A stretch of 64,000 nucleotides of DNA from an uncultured Christensenella sp. (lineage in GTDB: Bacteria > Bacillota > Clostridia > Christensenellales > Christensenellaceae), in the NCBI GenBank assembly GCA_964464145.1, contig CAYXFB010000001.1, forward strand, positions 55,132 to 119,131, written 5' to 3'. Below are positions 35,891-43,627 of the stretch, in pieces. Within the stretch, counting starts at the first letter, position 1, and each line of letters starts with the position of its first letter. Both the position numbers and the translations under genes were made by a program. The notes under the pieces are model-generated. The model did not search any database. It worked only from the letters and a program-made list of their open reading frames with translations, and was not told where the DNA came from.

Positions 35891-37033
35891 ATGATGAGAC
35901 CAATGAAGCTGGCCGGAGACCAGCTTATGTTTGGCGCGGATTGCCTCGCGCATTTAAGCACGCTTAACGGTAAGCGCGCGCTCATAGTTACCGGGCGCGG
36001 GCCCTACCTCAAAAACAACGGCATAGAGGGCAAAATTTGCGATTATCTCGCCGAAGCTGGTATGGAAACGGATATACTTCGCGGCGTGGAGCCGGACCCC
36101 GGCTTCAACACGGTGATGCGCGGAGCGGAAAAGATGCTGGAGTTCCGGCCCGACTGGATAATAGCGCTGGGCGGCGGCTCCGTTATGGACGCTGCCAAGG
36201 CCATGTGGGTGTATTACGAGCACCCGGAGCTAAAGACGTTGGCGGATATAGTTCCCCCCAACAAGATACCCAAGCTGCGCGCCAAGGCAAGGCTTGCCTG
36301 CATACCCTCCACAAGCGGCACAGCCAGCGAGGTTTCGCGCAGCGTGGTGATAACGGACGACGATACCGGCCTAAAATACGGCATTGGCGACATGGAGATG
36401 ATGCCCGACGTGGCGATCTGCGACCCCGTGGTCACAGCGTCCATGCCGGCCGGCATAACGGCCGAAACGGGTATGGACGCGCTCACCCACGCGCTTGAGG
36501 CCTACGCTTCAAACCGCGCCAATTACGTGAGCGACGTGCTGGCCGTAAAGGCGGCGCAAGATATCTTCGAGTATCTGCCCAAGGCCTGTGCGGAGGGCGA
36601 CAATTTGGAATACCGCGAGAGTATGCTGAACGCCTCCATGATAGCGGGCATGGCCTTCACAAATGTTTCGCTGGGAATAACGCACTCCATCGCGCACACG
36701 CTGGGCAGCATATTCCACCTGCCGCACGGCCTTGCGGACGCAGTGGTGCTGCCCTATGTGATACGCTTCAACCGCGCGAACGAGGCGGCCGAGGCCCGCT
36801 ATGCAAAGCTGGCCGAAAAGCTGGGCGTTGCTGATATGGCGCAGGCCGTGGAGCGGCTGAACGCCGATCTCGCGATAAAGCCGCGCATAAGCGAATACGT
36901 GGAGGACGGCGCAAAATATGAAGCCATGACGGCCGAGATGGCCAAAATGGCGCTGGCGGACGGCTGCACAAAGACGAACCCGGTGATACCCACACCGGAG
37001 CAGATGGCGGCATTGTTTAAAGAAATTTGGTAA
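35891..37033 (+). CDS. iron-containing (group III) alcohol dehydrogenase
   Basis: GGGSVMDAAK, metal-site histidines in THALEAY and GITHSIAHTLG. Confidence 0.9.
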   Translation: MMRPMKLAGDQLMFGADCLAHLSTLNGKRALIVTGRGPYLKNNGIEGKICDYLAEAGMETDILRGVEPDPGFNTVMRGAEKMLEFRPDWIIALGGGSVMDAAKAMWVYYEHPELKTLADIVPPNKIPKLRAKARLACIPSTSGTASEVSRSVVITDDDTGLKYGIGDMEMMPDVAICDPVVTASMPAGITAETGMDALTHALEAYASNRANYVSDVLAVKAAQDIFEYLPKACAEGDNLEYRESMLNASMIAGMAFTNVSLGITHSIAHTLGSIFHLPHGLADAVVLPYVIRFNRANEAAEARYAKLAEKLGVADMAQAVERLNADLAIKPRISEYVEDGAKYEAMTAEMAKMALADGCTKTNPVIPTPEQMAALFKEIW

Positions 37034-37046
37034 AGAGGAGATATAA

Positions 37047-37763
37047 ATGAAACTGATATGTTACCTGTCAAACGGGTACCCAACTATTGAGGAAAGCAAA
37101 AAAACTGCGGAAATATACGGCGAGGGCGGCTGCGATATAATAGAGGTGGACATACCCTCGCACGACCCCTATCTTGAGAGCGAGCTGATATCGGGCAGAA
37201 TGGCGCACGCGCTGAGGGAATGCGCCGATTACGACAAATATCTCGACAACATCGTGGCGATAAAGAAGAGTATGCCGCAGACAAAGGTGATCGTGCTGGC
37301 ATACGAAAACACCGTGGAGGATATAGGCGTAGATAAGTTCATAGATTTTTGCGTGACTAACGAGCTTAGGGACGTTATATTCGTGGGGCTCAAAAATGAC
37401 GATATAAAGAACCGCCTCATAGCCGCCGGGCTGGGCGTTTCCTGCTATGTGCAGCGGCAGATGAAGCAGGAGGAAATAGACTCCGCCGTATCCGCCAACG
37501 GATTCATATACATGCAGGCCTTCGCGCCCGAGGATAAGGTGAGCGCAGAATACCCCACTCTCACGGACTGCGTTTCGTACCTGCGCAGTCTGGGCATAGA
37601 GCGCGAGATATACTGCGGCGTTGGTGTATATACACCCAACGATTACCGCGCCGTTATGGAGGCGGGCGCGGACGGTGCCTTCGTGGGCAGCACCATATTG
37701 AAGCTGCACGATAAACCCGCCGAGCTCAAGGAAACCATAAAGCTTTTTAAAGCCGTGATCTGA
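37047..37763 (+). CDS. tryptophan synthase alpha-chain-like (TrpA fold) protein, with no trpB nearby
   Basis: LICYLSNGYPTIEES...GGCDIIEVDIPSHDPYLESELIS aligns by eye with the TrpA segment FVPFVTLGDPGIEQS...[22 protein letters not shown]. C-terminal GVGV and GAFVGSTILK phosphate-loop-like motifs. Confidence 0.7.
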   Translation: MKLICYLSNGYPTIEESKKTAEIYGEGGCDIIEVDIPSHDPYLESELISGRMAHALRECADYDKYLDNIVAIKKSMPQTKVIVLAYENTVEDIGVDKFIDFCVTNELRDVIFVGLKNDDIKNRLIAAGLGVSCYVQRQMKQEEIDSAVSANGFIYMQAFAPEDKVSAEYPTLTDCVSYLRSLGIEREIYCGVGVYTPNDYRAVMEAGADGAFVGSTILKLHDKPAELKETIKLFKAVI

Positions 37764-37810
37764 TTGGGGCACAGCTTTAGGTGTATATACACTTTATTTG
37801 TTCTATAGAT

Positions 37811-37851
37811 CGTCCCGGGAAGGCCTTACGCCAATTCCCGGGACGTTTTTT
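37811..37851 (+). terminator. intrinsic terminator ending the nucleoside-type operon
   Basis: Perfect 11-bp stem cgtcccgggaa/ttcccgggacg followed by T6. Confidence 0.8.
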
Positions 37852-37936
37852 ATCCTCTCAATCAAAAATGTTTTTATATAGCAATACCGCCCATAGTATT
37901 TTTACATATATTAGCGGTATTTTCCCCCAAAATTCT

Positions 37937-37965
37937 TTGCAAAAAAAAAGGGGCTTTGCTATACT
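37937..37965 (+). promoter_or_regulatory. sigma-70-type promoter for MFS/SDR
   Basis: TTGCAA, 17-nt spacer, TATACT. Confidence 0.5.
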
Positions 37966-38007
37966 GTACGAGTGATTGTATAGAAAATGGGAATTGAGGG
38001 TTTGTTT

Positions 38008-39264
38008 ATGGCGCAAAGCTACACCAGAACAAAGCTGAGCTGTTATCTTAGCTATATTACACAGGCGGCGGTAAATGGTTTATTGCCGCTGCTTTTTGTT
38101 ACGTTCCAACGCCAGTTCGGCATAACGCTGGATCAAATAGCGCTGCTGATATCAATAAACTTCGGCGTGCAGCTGTGCGTGGATCTTCTCTCGGTAAAGT
38201 TTGTGGACAAGATAGGCTATCGCGCCTCCGCCATAATAGCCTGCGCTTGCGCGGCCTTTGGTTTGGCGGGCGTGGGATTTTTCCCCATGATCGCGGGCGA
38301 TGCCTACGCCGGACTGCTTACCGCCGTAATAATCAGCGCGGTGGGCGGCGGCATAATAGAGGTGCTGGTAAGCCCCATAATAGAGGCGCTCCCGGGCGAC
38401 AAGAAGGCCGCCTCCATGAGCCTGCTGCATTCTTTCTACTGCTGGGGAAGCATGGCCGTGGTGCTTTTATCCACGCTGTATTTCAACACCATAGGCCTGG
38501 CGAACTGGAACATGCTGCCCGCGCTGTGGGCAATAGTGCCCATAGCCGCGCTCATATTATTCACAAAAGCGCCGCTTATGCCGCTTGTTTCCGAGCACGA
38601 GAAGATACCGCTGAAAAAGCTCTTTTCGCGCAAGTTGTTCATAATGTTTCTCATATTCATGGTGTGCGCGGGCGCTTCGGAGCAGGCCATGAGCCAGTGG
38701 GCTTCCCTCTTCGCGGAGCTGGGGCTGGGCGTTTCCAAAACGGTGGGCGACCTGCTGGGGCCCTGCGCCTTCGCTCTTTTCATGGGAATATCCCGCACGA
38801 TGTACGGGCTGTGGGGCGCTAAGTGGAACCTCAAAAACGCTCTTTTGGTGTCGGGCGCGCTGTGCGTGGCCAGCTATATGTTGGCCGTGTTCTCCCCCAT
38901 ACCGCTGCTTTCGCTGTTTGGCTGCACACTTGCGGGCTTCTCCGTGGGTCTTATGTGGCCGGGCACGTTCAGCCTCACCTCGCGCGGCTTTCCGGCGGGC
39001 GGCACGGCCATGTTCGCCATATTGGCGCTGGCGGGCGACCTTGGCTGTTCGGCAGGTCCGGCCGTGGTGGGGTTGGTTTCGGGCGCGGCTGAAAACGGCA
39101 TGTTCGCAAGCATGCAAAGCTGGTTCACGGGCGGCTCCCTCATGGAGACCGGCCTTAAAACCGGACTTTTGGCCGCCTCCATATTCGCTATAATAATGGT
39201 GGCCGGCCTCATAATACTTAGAACGCGGCGCAGTAAAAAAACACCCGAAAAATTGGAGGCATGA
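38008..39264 (+). CDS. MFS transporter
   Basis: 12-TM pattern. ATG 38008 is preferred (GAGGG 7 nt upstream). Confidence 0.85.
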   Translation: MAQSYTRTKLSCYLSYITQAAVNGLLPLLFVTFQRQFGITLDQIALLISINFGVQLCVDLLSVKFVDKIGYRASAIIACACAAFGLAGVGFFPMIAGDAYAGLLTAVIISAVGGGIIEVLVSPIIEALPGDKKAASMSLLHSFYCWGSMAVVLLSTLYFNTIGLANWNMLPALWAIVPIAALILFTKAPLMPLVSEHEKIPLKKLFSRKLFIMFLIFMVCAGASEQAMSQWASLFAELGLGVSKTVGDLLGPCAFALFMGISRTMYGLWGAKWNLKNALLVSGALCVASYMLAVFSPIPLLSLFGCTLAGFSVGLMWPGTFSLTSRGFPAGGTAMFAILALAGDLGCSAGPAVVGLVSGAAENGMFASMQSWFTGGSLMETGLKTGLLAASIFAIIMVAGLIILRTRRSKKTPEKLEA

Positions 39265-39268
39265 CGCT

Positions 39269-40045
39269 ATGGAAGCAAAGACAGCCGTTGTAACGGGCGG
39301 CGCTAACGGCATAGGCCGCGCGCTCACGCTGGCGCTTTTAGAGCTCGGCGCAAATGTCGCCGTTATAGATAAAAACGCTCCACCCGCCTCTTTTTTGCGC
39401 TTCGAAAATATAATGTTCTCGCGTGGCGACATTGCCGAAAAGCAGTGCGTGGAGGATTTTTCCGCCGCCGTACTCACTCGCTTCAAAGCTGTTGACCACA
39501 TCATAAACAACGCCTGCTTCTCGAACGGCGGCATACTCTCTGGCTGCGGCTGGGAGAGCTTCAACGAAATACTGCACACGGGCGTCACCGCGCCCTATTA
39601 CCTCGCGCTGCTTTTGAAGGATCATCTTGCGCCCGGCGCGGCCATCGTGAACATATCCTCCAGCCGCGCATATATGTCTCAGCCGGACACGGAGAGCTAC
39701 ACCGCCGCAAAGGGCGGCATCTCCGCGCTTACGCACGCGCTGGCCGTTAGCCTGCGTGGACGCGCGCGGGTGAACTCCATCAGCCCGGGCTGGATAGATA
39801 CGGGCGCTTACCAAAGCGCGCAAAGCTATACGCCCGAATATACCGAGGCGGATATTTTGCAGCACCCCGCCGGGCGCGTGGGCAGGCCGGACGACATTGT
39901 GGAGGCGGCGCTCTTCCTTTTGAGCGACAAGGCGGGCTTCATAACCGGCCAAAACATAACAATAGACGGCGGTATGAGCACGCAAATGATATACAGCGCC
40001 GATTGCGGATGGGAATATCATCCAAATGAGCGGCGCGAATATTGA
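39269..40045 (+). CDS. SDR-family oxidoreductase
   Basis: TGGANGIG, NNAC, YTAAKGG (YxxxK). Confidence 0.9.
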   Translation: MEAKTAVVTGGANGIGRALTLALLELGANVAVIDKNAPPASFLRFENIMFSRGDIAEKQCVEDFSAAVLTRFKAVDHIINNACFSNGGILSGCGWESFNEILHTGVTAPYYLALLLKDHLAPGAAIVNISSSRAYMSQPDTESYTAAKGGISALTHALAVSLRGRARVNSISPGWIDTGAYQSAQSYTPEYTEADILQHPAGRVGRPDDIVEAALFLLSDKAGFITGQNITIDGGMSTQMIYSADCGWEYHPNERREY

Positions 40046-40109
40046 CGTAAGGCGACCTGTATGCTAACTTATTAGTTGTAGATAGCTTCTCGCCCGGAAG
40101 GGGGTCGCC

Positions 40110-40880
40110 ATGACAAAGGATTTTTTTGAGTTCACATCGGAAAACGTAAAAAGCTTAAACGATACAGAGTTAAAGCTGTTTGATTTTGTAGTTAAAAATA
40201 TGGACAGAGTGAAGCAGATGAGCATACGCATGTTCGCTCACGAATGCTTTATTTCCACCACCACAGTGTTCCGCTTCGTGAAGAAGCTGGGCTTTTTGGG
40301 CTACAACCAGTTTATAGCCATGCTGCAGCTAACGGATGACAGCGTGGAGCACGCCGTTATTCCCCAAACCATGAAAAATCAGGGTTATCGCGAGGAGTAT
40401 CTCAAAAACATAATAGAAACGGTGCGCGTTCTCAAAAAAGAGAGCGTGGACGCGCTAAAGCAGGCGCTTTTGAAGCACCCCAAAATATACATACTGGCCT
40501 ACGGGCTCACCGTGGAAGTGGCGAAATACGCCCGCCATATATTCCTTGTTTTGGGCTATGACGCGGAGCTGGTTTCCATGGACTATCAGGTTTCCTCACT
40601 GCTAAAGCGCATAGCGACGGACGACCTTGTTTTCGTGCTTTCCTACACTGGCGCGAACAAGCGTATAATAGACATGATAGAGCACATAAAGCGGCACACC
40701 GCCGCCAAGGTGGTCTCGCTCACCCGCGCGGACAACAACATGACGCAAATGATGAGCGACATAAATTTCTACCTCTTTGCCGACGAAATAAAATATAACA
40801 GCCAGGATATAACCTCGCGCATCTCCATGATAGCCATACTCGAAACGGTGCTGTACGAGATTTTGCCGGTCGAAGAATAA
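40110..40880 (+). CDS. MurR/RpiR family transcriptional regulator (HTH_6 plus SIS)
   Basis: FAHECFISTTTVFRFVKKLGFLGYNQF plus a SIS-like C-terminus. Confidence 0.85.
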   Translation: MTKDFFEFTSENVKSLNDTELKLFDFVVKNMDRVKQMSIRMFAHECFISTTTVFRFVKKLGFLGYNQFIAMLQLTDDSVEHAVIPQTMKNQGYREEYLKNIIETVRVLKKESVDALKQALLKHPKIYILAYGLTVEVAKYARHIFLVLGYDAELVSMDYQVSSLLKRIATDDLVFVLSYTGANKRIIDMIEHIKRHTAAKVVSLTRADNNMTQMMSDINFYLFADEIKYNSQDITSRISMIAILETVLYEILPVEE

Positions 40881-40882
40881 AA

Positions 40883-40908
40883 AACCCTCCGGGGGAGGAG
40901 GGCTTTTT
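40883..40908 (+). terminator. intrinsic terminator
   Basis: ccctcc / ggaggg stem followed by CTTTTT. Confidence 0.6.
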
Positions 40909-41048
40909 AGTGTTGGATGGATATATTGTTTCCCGCCTTGCGGCGGATTCAGGATGTATCTATACTATACCGCACAACTATGAACTATTCGTGTGCATTG
41001 ATTTAACAAGCTGTAAACACTCCATTTATGCGTAAAATTCTTTGTCGC

Positions 41049-41211
41049 TAGAGCAAATTAACTTAATATCGGTAGTGTCAGGTTCGAGCAAAATCAGTTC
41101 CAGACAAGGCGCTAAAACGCAGGCATATCGGCATATATGGCAAGTTTTGGCAACAAAGTATGGGGCTAATTTTGCCGAAGATGATCACCTATGTTAAGTT
41201 AATTTGCTCTA
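41049..41211. repeat. 163-bp imperfect palindromic element with perfect 18-bp termini
   Basis: tagagcaaattaacttaa (41049-41066) is the exact reverse complement of 41194-41211. The inner arms are also partly complementary (cgagcaaaatcag vs cggcaaaattagc). Confidence 0.75.
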
Positions 41212-41224
41212 CGGCCAAAGCGGC

Positions 41225-41704
41225 CTACATAAAGCGCTCGAATCTTTCGCTTGCCGCCTTGCAGATCGGGCACTTTGCGGGAGGGTCGTTTTTTGCGCAG
41301 AGATATCCGCAAACGGAGCAGCGCCACACCGGGTATTTGAGCGGTGCGCCCGCCAGCTTCAGCTCCGCCGGAGCTTCCCTCTTCGCCTTTTCGGCGCGCC
41401 GCCTGTCCGGTATCTGCCTCGCGCTGTCAAAATTTTCGCCTATGTAGAGCGCGCAAAAGCAGGCGCCAAACTCCGCCAGATCATCGTCCCTATAATAGCA
41501 GGGGCAGATTATATCCAGATTGTCCCGCGCCTCGCCGCGCACCAAGCGGCAGGGGCAAGCCTCCAGACCATAGCGTGCGTCGTTTTTGAGTATGCCCGCT
41601 ATGAGGCCCATGCAAAACTCTTCGTCCGGATGCAGCCTGTAGCCCCCCGCCTCCGCAATCTCTTTTATCTCTCTATACTTTTTCGCAACAGCTTCCCTAT
41701 CCAT
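41225..41704 (-). CDS. ferredoxin:thioredoxin-reductase catalytic-subunit-like domain fused to rubredoxin
   Basis: CPC-x14-CPC-x12-CFC pattern (EACPCR...IICPCY...GACFCALY), then rubredoxin CSVCGY...CPIC. Confidence 0.8.
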   Translation of the reverse strand: MDREAVAKKYREIKEIAEAGGYRLHPDEEFCMGLIAGILKNDARYGLEACPCRLVRGEARDNLDIICPCYYRDDDLAEFGACFCALYIGENFDSARQIPDRRRAEKAKREAPAELKLAGAPLKYPVWRCSVCGYLCAKNDPPAKCPICKAASERFERFM

Positions 41705-41821
41705 AAAACTCTCTTCCCCACCTGCTCATTTATTTTTTCATGGCGTATTACATTTTTAGCGCGCGGTAAGCGGAAAGCCTGCCGCGCGCATCCAAACTTT
41801 ATTGCCCTGCCGTGCGCCGCT

Positions 41822-42775
41822 TTACTTCACCGTGACCTTGCACTTTGCATACACGCCGTTCCATGTTTTTGCATATATGTATGTGCTGCCCGCCTTAATT
41901 CCCTTCACCTTTCCCGCAGCGTCCACCGTGGCTATGCCTCTGTCCTTGCTCACCCATGTGATGGCCTTGGGATATACGCATACAGGGTCGTAGGCTGTTA
42001 CGGATAGCTGCACCGTTTTCCCCTTCGCCACCGACGCGCTGGTTTTGTTCAGCTTAACGGATTGCGCCGAGGTTTTCACGGTCACCTTGCATCTTGCCGA
42101 TTTTCCGTTGGCCGTCGTCGCGGTTATGTATGTGGAGCCGTTGCCCACCGCAGTCACTTTTCCGCTGCTGTCCACCGTGGCCTTCTTCGTATCGCCGGAT
42201 TTCCACGTTACGGATCTATCCGTGGCGTTGGCGGGCGAAACCGTGGCCGTAAGCGTCTCGCTGGTAAACTTCTCCATTATCATAGAAGTTTTGTTTAGCT
42301 TTACGGAAGAAGCCTCCACCACCGGCCCTGCACCGGGATGCTGACCCGCTGTCACCGTGAAATCCTTGTAGCCGTCCGTGCCAAGATCCACCGCGCCCCA
42401 TATCAGACGAATTCGATATTTGCCCACCGGCAGATTATCCAGCTTATTTATTGCATATGTGCCGTTCAAAAAGTATCTTTTGCCGCGATCTCTGAAAACA
42501 GCCTGGTTGGACGAGTTTGTTATGACAATTTCGGCATTGTCTGCCGCAACATCAGTGAAAATGGAACTTATTTTAACAATAAGCGGACCCGTTTTGGGGT
42601 AATATTTGGAAATACCACTCTCCAGCACCTCCGTTTTTCCGCCCCGAACAATACCCTGACCTATGGAGATGGAGCCGTAAGCGGCAAAGGCTGTGGTCAC
42701 GCCGCTCATAAGCACTACGCTAAACACTATGGCGAAAACGAGTATCAAACTGATCTTTCTCTTCATGCTCTTCAT
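41822..42775 (-). CDS. secreted Big_2 (bacterial Ig-like) domain protein
   Basis: Signal peptide. Two C-terminal Big_2 repeats (SVKLNKTS... twice, ATVDSSGKVTAVGNGSTYITA / ATVDAAGKVKGIKAGSTYIYA). Start ATG 42775 lies 10 nt after AAGGAG. Confidence 0.8.
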   Translation of the reverse strand: MKSMKRKISLILVFAIVFSVVLMSGVTTAFAAYGSISIGQGIVRGGKTEVLESGISKYYPKTGPLIVKISSIFTDVAADNAEIVITNSSNQAVFRDRGKRYFLNGTYAINKLDNLPVGKYRIRLIWGAVDLGTDGYKDFTVTAGQHPGAGPVVEASSVKLNKTSMIMEKFTSETLTATVSPANATDRSVTWKSGDTKKATVDSSGKVTAVGNGSTYITATTANGKSARCKVTVKTSAQSVKLNKTSASVAKGKTVQLSVTAYDPVCVYPKAITWVSKDRGIATVDAAGKVKGIKAGSTYIYAKTWNGVYAKCKVTVK

Positions 42776-42835
42776 AACTTGTATACTCCTTTTTATATTA
42801 TATTGCACGGCGCTTTTATAACTCTCGTGCAAACT

Positions 42836-42911
42836 TTACTTCACAGTGATCCTGCGCTTTGCAAACACGCCCTTCCGCTTTTTGGGGTATATTTATGTGC
42901 CGCCCGCCTTA
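42836..42911 (-). pseudogene. 3'-terminal remnant of a paralogous Big_2 gene
   Basis: 64/78 nt identical (hand count over 42836-42913) to the last 78 nt of the intact gene (41822-41899), including the stop. Carries an in-frame TAA. Homology ends where the 130-bp repeat begins. Confidence 0.7.
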
Positions 42912-43041
42912 ATGTAATACTGATATCAAATTAAAAGCAATACTTTTCATTTGATGACGCCTCGCTTTGCAAGGCTCATGTTCTGCGCCAAACGGCGCAG
43001 AACTCGTCTGTCATCCCATAAGTGCTTCGCACTATAAAAAA
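42912..43041. repeat. 130-bp intergenic repeat, copy 1
   Basis: Direct repeat of 44190-44314 with 3 substitutions and one 5-nt indel. Internal perfect hairpin gttctgcgcc-aaac-ggcgcagaac nested in gatgac...gtcatc. Confidence 0.85.
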
Positions 43042-43203
43042 CGTTACCGTTTTTTATATGGGATTGGTATAAACGAAAGTGTTAAGACTAAAGCAAACAC
43101 AACCAGCCTTCCAATATATGGCAGCACCTTTTTTTCAGTTATGATCTCACTCGGTGATTTTAGCCGCAGCTCAGTTAACATATTTTTACATTTGATTTGC
43201 TTC

Positions 43204-43232
43204 AGTATATAGCAAACCCTTCGCCATGTCAA
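43204..43232 (-). promoter_or_regulatory. near-consensus sigma-70-type promoter on the minus strand
   Basis: Minus strand reads TTGACA (43232-43227), 17-nt spacer, TATACT (43209-43204). Points into the 45-codon ORF and repeat copy 1. Confidence 0.45.
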
Positions 43233-43302
43233 CAAAGCGGCCGCCCAACTCAAAAAAAGCGCAAACTCGCGCCCACCGCACGGCGTTCTTTTGCCGCAGC
43301 GC

Positions 43303-43602
43303 TTAAACTCCGGCCAGTTCCTCCAAGCGGTCAAGGTCGTAACCCACTATGGTTTCACTGCCATTCAGAACTATTGTGGGGAAAGAACCGCTGGGGTTGA
43401 ACTCCATCTGTATATCAACCACCAGGTCCTCTTTGTCCTCGGGCACGGTGTCCACATCCACATAAGAATATGCTATGCCCTTCGAATTGAAAAATTCCTT
43501 AGTTTTTTTGCACCAGCCGCAGGTGGAAAGCGCAAATATGTTTATCTGCCCCACGCTCCTGCCGTCTACCGTGATAAAATTTATTGTGGAAATATCTGCC
43601 AT
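43303..43602 (-). CDS. glutaredoxin-like / thioredoxin-fold protein
   Basis: 99 aa with CGWC active-site motif and GSFPTIVLNG (cis-Pro region). RBS TGAGGT. Confidence 0.8.
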   Translation of the reverse strand: MADISTINFITVDGRSVGQINIFALSTCGWCKKTKEFFNSKGIAYSYVDVDTVPEDKEDLVVDIQMEFNPSGSFPTIVLNGSETIVGYDLDRLEELAGV

Positions 43603-43627
43603 GACTATACCTCATTTCTTAGATTTA

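Noticed and set aside
41080-41100. ggttcgag resembling a tRNA T-arm
   Set aside because: No acceptor, D or anticodon stems can be built around it. It lies inside the 163-bp palindromic element.
43044-43334. 96-aa minus-strand ORF overlapping the end of the grx-like gene
   Set aside because: The N-terminal half is Arg/Trp/Cys-rich and contains the promoter-like sequence. Only the distal 45 codons, kept as a low-confidence finding, look peptide-like.
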